From an uncultured Verrucomicrobiae bacterium (lineage in GTDB: Bacteria > Verrucomicrobiota > Verrucomicrobiia > Chthoniobacterales > JAFAMB01), in the NCBI GenBank assembly GCA_963762565.1, contig CAVXLD010000001.1, forward strand, positions 1,056,001 to 1,120,000: 64,000 nt of DNA, read 5' to 3'. The position numbers and the translations under genes are program-made. This document shows positions 10,872-20,997 of this stretch, in pieces. Each line of letters starts with the position of its first letter. The first letter of the stretch is position 1. Under the pieces are notes generated by a model. The model was not told the DNA's origin and ran no database searches. It saw only the letters and a list, made by a program, of their open reading frames with translations.

Positions 10872-12659
10872 CTACTTTTCGGGAATCGATTGACCGGACC
10901 TCATTAGCCATGGAGCCTCGCCGGCACGACGAATGCGAAATCCATCACGCAGTCCCTGGCCGCGTAACTCCAATCGCGGATCGAAGCGGTTCGCATCAGT
11001 AGCGGGCAATGGCGCATCATATATTTGGTTTGTTGTCTTAGGGATCCAGACTTTCAGTCCAGAATAAGCCTCGACCTGAATCATTTCAGCCTGACCCGAA
11101 TAATTCGGTATATTCTTATGTTTTTGATAAAGTTCAGGGAGCCCTGCAGTTAGCGCGTAAACAGACAATCCAGCGATTGCGCAGCCGATCATCCAGGCCG
11201 TGGTCCCCTGCATGTCAGCTGCGATGAGGGCGGCCAGAGCGATTGTCACGCCGACCAGCCATACGACGCCATCATTGAATCTCGGGTCAGGAGCAGTGAA
11301 AAACCAGAACGGCAAAGAAAATGCAAGCGGAACACCAAATAGGCCAACATTTGCGTATACCGTCGGTTCCAATCTTTTCTTCCTAGCGAGGAGAAACGCA
11401 AAAACGCCCACAGTAGAGAGCACCGCAGATTCGACAAAAATTGGATTTTTAGTAAGCGTGAGCAACCAGGGACCGATCCAGTCAGCACGCCCCAAAACCC
11501 CAACGTAGGACACGAATGGTAAGCGTGCCCAGCCGTAGACCCAGTCACGCTCATCCCTTACTGTCGCCTCTGGCACTGTCCAATCGAACGGCAACTTGCC
11601 GATGGTCGCTGGGAAAAACGGATATCCGCTTGTCAGATAGCCTCGCCAGAGCCATGGCAGAACGAGAAGTCCATAGCTTAAGAGAATCATCGCTATCAAC
11701 CTAAAGTGATTCGGTTCGCGCGCTATGTCTCCCGTCTGCTGCGCCGAAGAACGGACCATCCCAGCTGATTTCCAAGCTTTCCATGTCACCACCGCAAACA
11801 CCCCAGCTGCGAAAGCGGCATAACTAAGCTTCAGCTCTGCTGCCACGGCAGCACAGGCTACTGGCAAGATATAGTCCTTTGGTTCCAAATCTAGAGCATT
11901 GGAAGAGCAGACCCGCCAAAAGAACCAGGCTGACAAGAGAACCACCACAGTTGCTGCAAAATCCGGGTTGGGCGACGACAGACAATCTGATACCGATAGA
12001 ACAACCAATTTAGGTAATAACAGAAGACTGAGCCAGGCAGTCGAGTTGACCCTGTTAGCATCGGCATGTGTCAAAAAGGACTGAGAAACGTTAGCCGCGA
12101 GGATGGCGAAAATTATCGAATTGGCGAACTGCCGCGAGACCTCAACAGAAAATGGCCACGAGAGGAATGCAGCGAATGGAAACATCGCCGTGTTGAAGCC
12201 GAGGCGAGTGTAAAGGTTCGCCAGGCCCGGGACCGAACCATATTCCGCTGCCCAACGAACCGCATTAAAATGGTAAAGACCTATGTCGTAGCATGTCGCC
12301 AGATTTAGCGCATTTGCTGCAACTATCGGTGACGTTGCGCAGCAAATGATTAATCCTGAAAAGTTGGTGTGTTGGCAAACGGATTTCCAAGTCTGGTACA
12401 GACTTCTTCGTCGGGCAATCGCAATAAGTAGCAACCCAAGCGTTAGCCACCCAAACGCCCCGTGCCCTACACCGCCAAGGAAGCTAGCGAGTATCGAGAA
12501 AACAGAGATTATCGCTAGACCGACCGCACCTACCTCAGGTGCCTTCCATCGTGCCCGCGGATTGACTGTAGCCACAGCCACTAGTCCGGCAAAAAAAAGC
12601 AGGGACAAATAAACGGACAGAACGACCGCGGACTCGAATAGCAACACTGGTTTTGCCAT
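10872..12659 (-). CDS. Polytopic membrane protein (LIC_10190-like, possibly GT-C-fold glycan modifier)
   Basis: 595 aa with many TM helices; YDIGLYH...PGLANL..RLGFN, SSPNPD, SGYPFFP, APDPRF motifs recalled for this family. Confidence 0.7.
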   Translation of the reverse strand: MAKPVLLFESAVVLSVYLSLLFFAGLVAVATVNPRARWKAPEVGAVGLAIISVFSILASFLGGVGHGAFGWLTLGLLLIAIARRRSLYQTWKSVCQHTNFSGLIICCATSPIVAANALNLATCYDIGLYHFNAVRWAAEYGSVPGLANLYTRLGFNTAMFPFAAFLSWPFSVEVSRQFANSIIFAILAANVSQSFLTHADANRVNSTAWLSLLLLPKLVVLSVSDCLSSPNPDFAATVVVLLSAWFFWRVCSSNALDLEPKDYILPVACAAVAAELKLSYAAFAAGVFAVVTWKAWKSAGMVRSSAQQTGDIAREPNHFRLIAMILLSYGLLVLPWLWRGYLTSGYPFFPATIGKLPFDWTVPEATVRDERDWVYGWARLPFVSYVGVLGRADWIGPWLLTLTKNPIFVESAVLSTVGVFAFLLARKKRLEPTVYANVGLFGVPLAFSLPFWFFTAPDPRFNDGVVWLVGVTIALAALIAADMQGTTAWMIGCAIAGLSVYALTAGLPELYQKHKNIPNYSGQAEMIQVEAYSGLKVWIPKTTNQIYDAPLPATDANRFDPRLELRGQGLRDGFRIRRAGEAPWLMRSGQSIPEK

Positions 12660-12711
12660 TCACGAGACTGCCTAAGAGCAAGGTGCGAAACAAGTCAATT
12701 CGGCAGCCAGA

Positions 12712-12830
12712 ATCCGTTGAACTACGGGGACGGGTGCTGCGCGCATGAACAATAGCCAATAGCCGATAGCAAAGTGCGTCGCGTTGCCGGAACAATAGCG
12801 GGCGCTCCGCGCATAATCAATAGCCGATAG
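12712..12830 (-). repeat. Inverted copy of the upstream flank plus first 20 nt of the tRNA-Arg(CCT) gene
   Basis: 12712-12731 is the exact reverse complement of 52307-52326; a further ~100 nt align with 52200-52306. Confidence 0.88.
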
Positions 12831-12840
12831 TCCTTACGAT

Positions 12841-12902
12841 CGACGGATCGAAGTATTTCACCACGGATCAGAAGCTTGTGTGTTCGAGTCACGCCGGGTC
12901 CA
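12841..12902 (+). pseudogene. Degenerate tRNA-Arg(ACG)-like relic
   Basis: CCACGGA-TCAGA-AGCTT-GTGTG TTCGAGT CACGC-CGGGTCCA: anticodon loop, T arm and 3' acceptor strand are recognisable; 5' half decayed. Confidence 0.6.
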
Positions 12903-13040
12903 TGATTGAATACCAACGAGCTGCAAATTGATCGCGATGCGAATGTGGAAATCGACTCGGCCATTTTTTTGAATGCGCTGAGTTCCTGTCCGGGATTTGA
13001 TTTAAGCATACTCTTTATACGCGCACGATCACTGAAAAAC

Positions 13041-13086
13041 GTGCCTCTTAATCACTGAGTTGTGGGTTCGATTCCTGCACGGTGCA
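13041..13086 (+). pseudogene. 3' half of a tRNA-Lys(CTT)-like gene (possible att scar)
   Basis: GTGC CTCTTAA TCAC TGAGTT GTGGG TTCGATT CCTGC ACGGTGCA; no matching 5' acceptor strand or D arm. Confidence 0.7.
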
Positions 13087-13088
13087 AA

Positions 13089-13319
13089 TTAAGTTCCAGC
13101 TTGACCAAGCCAAGGAATATCGAAACTCGTCGACACGAATAAGCCAGGCAAAAAAAACGACGCTAGGCTCAAAGTGGATCGAGTGCCTGACGGCAGAAAG
13201 CTAGCCGCGACCCAACCTACGAGCCCAAGCTCCACCATCAGAATCAGTAAAACTGCTAAGCTCTCAGCGACAGGTGCGTAGTGCGAGATGATCGATGCCA
13301 GGGACGGCGCTAAAAGCAT
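13089..13319 (-). CDS. Small hydrophobic hypothetical protein or fragment
   Basis: 76-aa ORF with ATG start and two hydrophobic segments. Confidence 0.3.
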   Translation of the reverse strand: MLLAPSLASIISHYAPVAESLAVLLILMVELGLVGWVAASFLPSGTRSTLSLASFFLPGLFVSTSFDIPWLGQAGT

Positions 13320-13428
13320 GCCGGAGAGCTTTCTGGTAGCCGAATCGCTTTGTCAAGGCGCGCTCGGGATGCGCTAAGCAATAACAAATGCTAGCGCTTT
13401 TATGATTGATAAGGGCTATGATTTGCTG

Positions 13429-14115
13429 ATGACCTTCCCCGCGGCAAGTTTCTTGGATCTCTCAAAGACGGAACACGCTGCGTTGTTTCAAGAATCGATG
13501 CCGGTATGGGAACCGCTGAAGCAGATCGGTGATTATCTGCAACGTTTCCTTCAACCGAAGATGAACGGAGTAATACTCGGCGCTCCTTACATCGGAGACC
13601 GGGTTTTCATCGGTGCGGGCACCGTTATCGAGAATGGAGCCACTCTGCTGGGTCCGGCCTGGATAGGAAGTGATTGCCGGATTCGGTCAGGTTGTTACAT
13701 CCGTGAGAACGTGATCGTCGGAAACGGAGTGGTGCTGGGTAATTCTTGCGAATTCAAAAACTGCATTGTGTTTGATGAAGCCCAGATTCCGCATTTCAAC
13801 TACGTCGGCGACTCAATCCTTGGCTACAAAGCACATGTCGCCGCCGGCGTTATCCTTTCGAATGTCCGCCTGGATCGAGCAGAAATATCGGTCAAATATC
13901 AGGCGAACAAGATCCCTACCGGATTAAAAAAGTTCGGCGCCATTATCGGTGACAAAGCTGAGATCGGTTGCAACGCCGTAATCAGCCCAGGTTCAATCAT
14001 CGGTCGTGGTTCTCTGATCTACCCTCTAACTCATTTCAGCGGCGTCTTGGCCGAAAATACGATCCTGCAGAACCACCAAAATCTGCGTATCATTCCGCGG
14101 GACTTGTTAGGATAA
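13429..14115 (+). CDS. GlmU-like left-handed beta-helix (hexapeptide) acetyltransferase
   Basis: Hexapeptide repeats, PHFNYVGDSILG, TGLKKFGAIIGD. Confidence 0.88.
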   Translation: MTFPAASFLDLSKTEHAALFQESMPVWEPLKQIGDYLQRFLQPKMNGVILGAPYIGDRVFIGAGTVIENGATLLGPAWIGSDCRIRSGCYIRENVIVGNGVVLGNSCEFKNCIVFDEAQIPHFNYVGDSILGYKAHVAAGVILSNVRLDRAEISVKYQANKIPTGLKKFGAIIGDKAEIGCNAVISPGSIIGRGSLIYPLTHFSGVLAENTILQNHQNLRIIPRDLLG

Positions 14116-14381
14116 GAAGCGTTTAGAGCTTCTCCAATCGTCCTCGTCCTCGAAACCAAACGTAACCGGAGCCGCCGAAGCCCCGCACCCCCCGGCACCG
14201 AGGATAGAACCACCGCGCTCATAAATCATATAGGTCGTATAGGTCCCATAAGTCCTATCCGTGCCCTCGCCCCTGACCCCATCGAGCCCGAGCACAGCCT
14301 GCCGCGCCGCAGGCTTGGCGGAGGCGGGGCCTGCCGCGCCGTAGGCTTGGCGGAGGCGGGAGCAAGAATAACACCCCCCTC

Positions 14382-15479
14382 TCATCGAACGCCCTTCGTC
14401 TTCAGCAGCCCCTCATACACCTCTTCAATCCTCTGCATCTGGCGTTCAGGAGAAAACTCCCGCTCCATCAGCCGTTCAGCCGCTGAACACATCTCTTCAA
14501 TTCGATCAGATGAATTCAACAAGGAGTGAACGGCCTCCGCCCATTGCATCTCATCGGCTTCAGGAGGCAAAAGTAACGCCTCGGATTCGAGCCGGCTACG
14601 TTCGGCATTATTACTCACGATAGCCGCCGGTACTCGGTGCGAAAACGCCTCCAGAACCACCATCGGAAGATCTTCCCAATCAGAAGTGAGGACTAACAGT
14701 GCAATCTCCGCGAAAAAACCGTCGAGATTAGGAAGGACGCCAGGCCACACGATTCGTTCGGCTAAACCCAGCTGCTGAGCCTCGCTTTTTAGCTCTTCCG
14801 CCAACGGTCCATCGCCAGCGAGGATGAATCGGTAATTAGGATCTAACTTGCTCAGCTGGGCCGCCAATCTGAGGAACTTGGAAAAGTTCTTCCAGTCTAC
14901 AAGCCGCCCAGCTGCGCCGATCAGTTTGTGCTTTGGACGCCGGATAATCTCGCGAGGCCGAGCCACCGCGTTTTTCAAGACCAAGACCTTTTCGATCGGA
15001 ATTTTTTCCCGTTGGACCAGCTGGTCTTTGATAACCCGGGAAATTACTAGAATAGCATCGGCACACCGATTGGCTAAACCATCCCACCAGCGAACCGGCG
15101 CCCAGTCAAAGCGAAATCGGTCGTAAGAATGATCGTGAGAAATAACGACGGGCACTCCGAAAAGCTTCGCCAACATTTTCCCGGTCCAATTCGAAACAAA
15201 CAAATGACAATGAATGATATCAAACCGCCGGGAAGCAATTAACCATGGCAACGTCAAACCGTAAGCCGGCAACCATCTAGACGGAGATAGACAGATAACT
15301 TCACAGCCGAGCGCTTGCATGCGCGGAAGAAATACGCTTCGGTTGTTGCCGTGAAGTGCGGCCACAACCACTTCAAACCTAGCCTGGTCTCGTGACGCCA
15401 GAAACTGGCATATCGCGGTTTGCGCTCCGCCCAAATCAAAGCTGTCAATCAGATGAAGAACGCGAATTCTACGGTCCAT
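14382..15479 (-). CDS. Glycosyltransferase family 4
   Basis: LHLIDSFDLGGAQ, GRLVDWKN, AGDGPL, SDWEDLPMVVLEA. Confidence 0.92.
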   Translation of the reverse strand: MDRRIRVLHLIDSFDLGGAQTAICQFLASRDQARFEVVVAALHGNNRSVFLPRMQALGCEVICLSPSRWLPAYGLTLPWLIASRRFDIIHCHLFVSNWTGKMLAKLFGVPVVISHDHSYDRFRFDWAPVRWWDGLANRCADAILVISRVIKDQLVQREKIPIEKVLVLKNAVARPREIIRRPKHKLIGAAGRLVDWKNFSKFLRLAAQLSKLDPNYRFILAGDGPLAEELKSEAQQLGLAERIVWPGVLPNLDGFFAEIALLVLTSDWEDLPMVVLEAFSHRVPAAIVSNNAERSRLESEALLLPPEADEMQWAEAVHSLLNSSDRIEEMCSAAERLMEREFSPERQMQRIEEVYEGLLKTKGVR

Positions 15480-16404
15480 GCTCCGCTCGGAAGAGACGAT
15501 AGTAGGTGCGGATGCGGCGACCGATCGCGAGCAGCCCCAAACGAAACAGAGTAAACGGCAAACGCGGATCCTGTCGAAACGCCGGCAAAAAAATTCCGGC
15601 TGCAGAGCCCAACCTGCGTTTCAAAACCTGAATCATCACGTCCGTAGATACGCATTCTCGGCGCCATTGTCCTAAAATTTTGCGTTGTTCATCCGTAATA
15701 TTTGGCTTCGCCAATAAATTCGCGACCAATGCTAAACCTTCGTGTTGAGCCTTAGACAATGTGGTGTTCCCCGCATTCATAGTCAGGGAGCCGTCATGCC
15801 ACCGATAGCGGTAAACAATGTTTGCCACAGGCGCGTCCGGTATATTCGCCAGAGCAGCTCGCATCAACAGATCGCGGTCCGAGGCAATAGCATACGCGAG
15901 ATCGAAGCGACCAACTTTATCGAAAACCGAGCGCCGAAATATTCGCGCGTTAATGTTCGGGAAGCCCAGGGTCACGTTCCGAAAGCTAAGCTGGTTTTGC
16001 TTAGGATTGTCATAGCAGTGCATTTTGATTTCCCGGCCTGCATCGGTCTGCCGGAAGATCTCGCACCCGCCCGAAATAATTTGCGTTCCTAACGCGTTCT
16101 CGAAAATCTTTCGGGCTAAGGCCAGCGTTCCCGGGGTCAACAAGTCGTCACTGTTGAGAAAGATCACTGCGTCCCCAGTGGCGCGCTCCAACCCTTTGTT
16201 GAATGCATCGTACACCCCACGATCCTGCTCGGATAGCACTCGGAGATGAGGATAACCGCGCACGATATCGAGCGTTTTATCCTTGGAACCACCATCGATT
16301 ATCCAATGCTCAACGTCGTCGTATTTCTGGGCCAGAACACTTTCGATCGCTTCTGCGATGAAGTTCTCCCGATTCAAACAAGGGGTAATGACGGTGAATC
16401 GCAT
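15469..16404 (-). CDS. Glycosyltransferase family 2
   Basis: TVITPCLN, IIDGGSKD, GVYDAFNKG, FLNSDD. Confidence 0.93.
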   Translation of the reverse strand: MRFTVITPCLNRENFIAEAIESVLAQKYDDVEHWIIDGGSKDKTLDIVRGYPHLRVLSEQDRGVYDAFNKGLERATGDAVIFLNSDDLLTPGTLALARKIFENALGTQIISGGCEIFRQTDAGREIKMHCYDNPKQNQLSFRNVTLGFPNINARIFRRSVFDKVGRFDLAYAIASDRDLLMRAALANIPDAPVANIVYRYRWHDGSLTMNAGNTTLSKAQHEGLALVANLLAKPNITDEQRKILGQWRRECVSTDVMIQVLKRRLGSAAGIFLPAFRQDPRLPFTLFRLGLLAIGRRIRTYYRLFRAEHGP

Positions 16405-16600
16405 TCAACCCGGCACGCTAACTCGCCTTAGGCTCGTCAGCGAATAGCAAATAGCAGATAGCAAATGTGACCCCGAACGGCCAAGCGGTGTTCACGGCAT
16501 CAATTTGCTATCTGCTATTTGCTATTTGCTATTCCGAACGAGCCCGGCGGCTGCCCATGCGCGTCAACATAAGGGCCCAGGCGTTGGCCGGCCCCTGACC

Positions 16601-16723
16601 GGGAGGGCGCGCGTCCTCGCGCGCCGCAAAGACGTGCCAAGCTTACAGACGTATTCCGATCACTCGATCGACAAACACGCTCGGCTTCGGGAACAACGGA
16701 TCGCGGGGACGCGATCCCTCCCA
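16601..16723. repeat. REP doublet GGGAGGGCGCGCGTCCTCGCGCGCCG ... CGGATCGCGGGGACGCGATCCCTCCC
   Basis: Related copies at about 18366-18544, 24376-24459, 25619-25800 and 47542-47666. Confidence 0.8.
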
Positions 16724-16762
16724 GCGCCGGGTCCGGCACGTGCCTAGCAGCTGCCGGACGAG

Positions 16763-17311
16763 TTAGGCCTTGCTCGGAATCATTCCGCTCTGCCGAGCAT
16801 AATTGAAGATTCCGCCGGCTTCGATCACCGGACGAACATCGCCCATCGGCTTTAAAGTAAAGACTCGATCGCCCACCGTGAGCGTATCGTTGTCAAAATC
16901 GAGAGTGGCGATATCACCGGTGCGACAGACATCGATCAATCGTTCGCGCGTTTCGTAAGGATAAAGCTCACCGGTCGCAACGCTGTTTCGGAAAAAGATC
17001 CGGGCATAGGATTCAGCTACGACTGCCTCAACCCCGGCAGCTCCTAACGCAATAGGAGCGTGTTCCCGGGAACTACCACAGCCAAAATTTCTCCCGCCAA
17101 TGACAATCTTAAACTCTGCTTCGGTTCTCCCTTCCGGTATGAACCGCACCGGATATAACTCGTCCGGAAGGCCAACCATCGCATAGGAGCCGAGCTTCTT
17201 ATACTCTTCCTCAATGGTTGGTACCAAGGTCAGATACTGCGCGGGGATAATTTGGTCGGTATCGATGTTATCTCCGACTACATAAACTGGGCTGGTCACT
17301 ACTTTAGCCAT
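16763..17311 (-). CDS. leuD: 3-isopropylmalate dehydratase small subunit
   Basis: DNIDTDQIIPA, NFGCGSSREHA, SYARIFFRN. Confidence 0.93.
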   Translation of the reverse strand: MAKVVTSPVYVVGDNIDTDQIIPAQYLTLVPTIEEEYKKLGSYAMVGLPDELYPVRFIPEGRTEAEFKIVIGGRNFGCGSSREHAPIALGAAGVEAVVAESYARIFFRNSVATGELYPYETRERLIDVCRTGDIATLDFDNDTLTVGDRVFTLKPMGDVRPVIEAGGIFNYARQSGMIPSKA

Positions 17312-17333
17312 TGTACAATTACGAAACGGATCT

Positions 17334-17557
17334 CACCACGGAGACACAGAGAACACGGAGAGGTGAATCATCCGCAGATTACACAGATTACGCAGATTTC
17401 GTTTTGAAGCCGATCATAGCCTGCAGTCAAAGTGAGCCGCGGCAAACCCTAAGATGTCTTTAACACACCGGCGATCCTCAACCTTGAACCGTAATCTGTG
17501 TAATCTGCGTAATCTGCGGATTTTTTATTCCTCTGTGTTTTCTGTGTGTCTGTGGTG
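17334..17557. repeat. Long imperfect inverted repeat built from CACAGAGA and CGCAGATTA 8-9-mers
   Basis: CACCACGGAGACACAGAG..CCGCAGATTACACAGATTAC mirrored at 17491-17557; same family at about 29278-29500, 31330-31508 and 39913-40071. Confidence 0.8.
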
Positions 17558-17559
17558 CG

Positions 17560-18192
17560 AATTTCTTAGCTCCAAAACTCGCCCCATCAGATCCGATGTA
17601 CCGATTACCGAGAGTATAACGTCCTTAGCCACACCCTAGGTGGTATCTCACCTTCCAAATAGAACCTTATCGGCTCCGGCCCTTGATCAGCCCTTCCAGT
17701 CCGAGAAAAATCCTGCGTCCGTGTTCCTGATACCAGGTTCACCGGACGCATTCCCAACCGGGCAAACGGTATCACACGACCTCGCCCGGGCGCGCACGCC
17801 ACACGGGGCAGTTATCCGCATGGCATCACCTTGGCAGCAACTCCGTACTGGCCTTCAATGACCGATCTGGGTTTCCACTTCCATGTCTCCATTAATCCTC
17901 AACCACATCATAGAAGTAGGGTACCCTGCTCTTTCGCGAAATCGCGGAGAATGTCGACATTCCGATTCGAGAGCCGGTCAGAAGTGAAAATGTAGTGATC
18001 CGGGATAATCACGATTTTCGCGGGATCCCAAACCTTTGCCTCTTGTCCAAACTCACGCTTGAACACCCCAATACTCCCTGGCCCGCAGACATCGTGTGTC
18101 AGCAAAATGTCGGTCTCGACCCAAACATTATCACCGGGCTCAACCCGGGGTCGTCCGCTTGCGCGCGCCAAAATTTTCTCGGTCAACGTCAT
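17560..18192 (-). pseudogene. leuC: 3-isopropylmalate dehydratase large subunit, frameshifted and 3'-truncated
   Basis: Clean MTLTEKILARASG...PDHYIFT for about 90 codons, then LeuC motifs (PYFYDV, RPGEV, NTDAGF, AKDVIL) scattered over different frames; C-terminal half absent. Confidence 0.85.
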
Positions 18193-18553
18193 AGGAGAAG
18201 GAGCCAAGCTTTGCTCGACCCACCCTCGAGATCAAGTGGAAAACCACAAGTAACTTGTGGAAATGCAACTTTTGGAGCGTTGCCTCGCTTGCGAGGCCGA
18301 AGGGGTCGCCAATCAATCTTGACGTGATGGCCTTTGACCACTTTAGCGAACGCAAAAAACCGACGGGGAGGGATCGCAGCCTGTCCGACATAGCCTTCTG
18401 TCGTGCGTCTTTTCTTCTCAGCGCTGGCGACGTCGGATCCTCGCGATCCGTTGTTCTCGAAGCCCACGACAGACCCAATCCAACGTCTGACTAGGCCCGA
18501 AGACGCAGACCTTTTCGCGGCGCGCGAGGACGCGCGCCCTCCCCAATCACCTT

Positions 18554-19576
18554 TCACTTTTCACCTTTCATCTCTGCCCCACCCGCATCCTTCGCAGGCA
18601 CCAAAACCGCCAACGCCCCCGGCCGTACGCCAAACCTGACCGGTGTCGTGCCAATCAACACTCCATCGATATGCACTTGCTGCCGAGTCCGGCAAAACAC
18701 CTCGAGGCGACGAGTTTCAAACGTCTCTACCTTCGGATGGAGCCGATAGGTACCTCGGCTGATCGACCAGAGATGAAGCGCGAGCTCACGCTTACTGAAG
18801 TCCCGGTAAACTGCGATGGTCAAAAGGCCGTCATCCATCTCCGCCCCGGGGCATACGGTAAGATTAGTTCCATAAAACGGCCCATTCGCGACCGCCAAAA
18901 ACGAGCATCGCAACCGAACTCGATTATTGGACTTTCGAAAGCGCCGTCTTCGACGCTGGAGCGGAACAGACCCTTTTTTGAAAGACGCCTGGTAGGCCTG
19001 GCTCACCGGCCGATCAAATTTCAGCTCAACGGAAATCTGATGATGAAGCAGCGCAGTTCGCAGCGCTTGGAAAATTGCTAGAAGACGCCCCCTCTTTATC
19101 TCTTCTCCAATAGGAAACATCTCGGCATCGACACCAACACCGGCTGCTTCGAAAAAGAGATTGTGCTCATCTGCAGTCCCAACATCAATCCGAGTTAAAA
19201 CTCCGCTCTGGACGACGGCACAAGCAGCCAACGGATCGGAGGCGAGTCCCAGACTCAACGCCAGGTTGTTGAATGTGCCGACCGGAATGATGGCCAACGG
19301 AATATCAGTGCCAACCAGTTCTGAAGCCACTAGCCGAACGGTGCCATCCCCACCGGCAACCAGCACGAGATCCGGCTGTTTAGCGAGCGCCTGCCTAATT
19401 GTATCCGGCTTTGTGTCCTCAGTCTCGATACCGTGCTCTTCAACCGCCGGGATTGAAGACGAAATTTGTTCCCGAACCGACGCCAGGATCTGCTCGGTAG
19501 CTTTCCCACTAAAGCGGTTGTGGAAGAAAACCGCGCGCCGGTAGCGAGGGGTGTTAGCGGCTGCGGGGGTGCTCAT
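18554..19576 (-). CDS. Diacylglycerol/lipid kinase family protein (YegS/DgkB-like)
   Basis: AGGDGTV, IPVGTFNNLA, NGPFYG, DDGLL, HIDG. Confidence 0.9.
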   Translation of the reverse strand: MSTPAAANTPRYRRAVFFHNRFSGKATEQILASVREQISSSIPAVEEHGIETEDTKPDTIRQALAKQPDLVLVAGGDGTVRLVASELVGTDIPLAIIPVGTFNNLALSLGLASDPLAACAVVQSGVLTRIDVGTADEHNLFFEAAGVGVDAEMFPIGEEIKRGRLLAIFQALRTALLHHQISVELKFDRPVSQAYQASFKKGSVPLQRRRRRFRKSNNRVRLRCSFLAVANGPFYGTNLTVCPGAEMDDGLLTIAVYRDFSKRELALHLWSISRGTYRLHPKVETFETRRLEVFCRTRQQVHIDGVLIGTTPVRFGVRPGALAVLVPAKDAGGAEMKGEK

Positions 19577-19589
19577 GGGGGCAATCAAT

Positions 19590-19801
19590 GGTAGGGCGAG
19601 GCTCCCGTACGTCCCTAGCTGATTCGCGGAGCGATTGATCGTCCCTCACCAAAACGGGTTGATATGCTTATGGGCGGGCCGAGCCAAGGTCACGCGCAAC
19701 ACCAAGGCTCGGCGCGCGTATCGGCCCAACACCACTTGACCACCGTGAGAAACCTATTGCTTCGCGAAACGTGACCGGCCGATCGGGAGCCTCGCCCTAC
19801 C
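19590..19801. repeat. REPIN-like element with perfect 18-bp IR GGTAGGGCGAGGCTCCCG
   Basis: Arms at 19590-19607 and 19784-19801. Confidence 0.85.
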
Positions 19802-19825
19802 ACGCCACCAATCACTAATCACCAA

Positions 19826-20374
19826 TCACTCTCGTCTCTCCTGCGACTGGATCGCATAAGAATTGTCCATGACATTGACGATCTTTATGCCTGGAATAAT
19901 TCGGTCGGTCGCATAGTCCAGGTTGCCGTCAGGCCCAATCACCGCGATCCCGAAGTCTCCCACCCGATAGGCATCTGCCGCCGACAACGGATCCGGTAGA
20001 ACCACGAAGGGTACGTCTGAACCTGTTATCACCCCGGTTTCTTTCGTGAATGCCACGAAAAACAGGGCTTTGCGCTCGATCAGAGACTTGTAAAATTTGG
20101 TGATATTCTTGACCTGCTTCTTGAATTCCTTCTGCTGCGGGTCAGTCGCAAAGATCAGCACGACCGGCTGTCCCTGCACGTCTTTCAGACGCTTAACTTT
20201 GCCGTTCACGCTGGCCCAAAGGAATTCAGGGGCTGGACGAGGAACATTAGGAACTACGTTTTTCTGCTTCCCTTTTGCAGAAGGGGAAGCCTGCGCCGGT
20301 GGCGGTGCAGCTTGTGCAGGTGCAAAGCTTGCCAGCAGACAAATCACTAAAACTGCGATTCGCCCCGACTTCAT
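19826..20374 (-). CDS. Exported hypothetical protein, possible Cys-less thioredoxin-like fold
   Basis: Signal peptide; APEF...LKDVQGQPVVLIF and VIGPDG patterns; overlaps the frr stop. Confidence 0.65.
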   Translation of the reverse strand: MKSGRIAVLVICLLASFAPAQAAPPPAQASPSAKGKQKNVVPNVPRPAPEFLWASVNGKVKRLKDVQGQPVVLIFATDPQQKEFKKQVKNITKFYKSLIERKALFFVAFTKETGVITGSDVPFVVLPDPLSAADAYRVGDFGIAVIGPDGNLDYATDRIIPGIKIVNVMDNSYAIQSQERRE

Positions 20375-20931
20375 ACTCTCATTATATCCATTTCTTTGGT
20401 TTCTAACTGTTGGTCGACCTCCTTGACGTATTTGTCCGTTAATTTCTGAACCTCTTCTTCCAGATCACGGCGATCGTCTTCCGTGATCTCGCCTTCTTTC
20501 TCGATCTTTTTTATTAGATCGATCCCGTTCCGGCGAGCTCCCCGAACTCGCACCCGAGCTTCCTCCGCCATGTGCCGAGCTCCCTTGACCAGATCCTTGC
20601 GCCGTTCCTCGGACAGTTCGGGAATCGGAAGCCGGATGATTTTCCCATCCACGGCGGGAGTAATTCCGAGTTTGGACTCGTTGAGCGCTTTCTCGATGTC
20701 TCGAGTCACACTAGCGTCAAAGGGTTGAATAACGAGCAAACGCGGCTCGGGAGTGGAGATGAGAGCCAGTTGTTTCAGTTTCATCGAAGCCCCGTAGGCG
20801 TTCACGTCGAGATTGTCCACCAGGGCCGGGGAAGCCTTCCCCGTCCGCAGAGAGGCGAATTCGTGATTCATGTAGTCGACGCTCTTCTCCATTGCCTCTT
20901 CAGTTTCCAATAGAATGTCATCGGGAGTCAT
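20371..20931 (-). CDS. frr: Ribosome recycling factor
   Basis: LRTGKASP, IRLPIPELSEERRKDLVK. Confidence 0.97.
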   Translation of the reverse strand: MTPDDILLETEEAMEKSVDYMNHEFASLRTGKASPALVDNLDVNAYGASMKLKQLALISTPEPRLLVIQPFDASVTRDIEKALNESKLGITPAVDGKIIRLPIPELSEERRKDLVKGARHMAEEARVRVRGARRNGIDLIKKIEKEGEITEDDRRDLEEEVQKLTDKYVKEVDQQLETKEMDIMRV

Positions 20932-20997
20932 AAGAACGATTTAAGCAGCCAGGTTTATAAGTTCGGCCAGTGGCCGGCCCTCGGCCCATCCGCAGCC

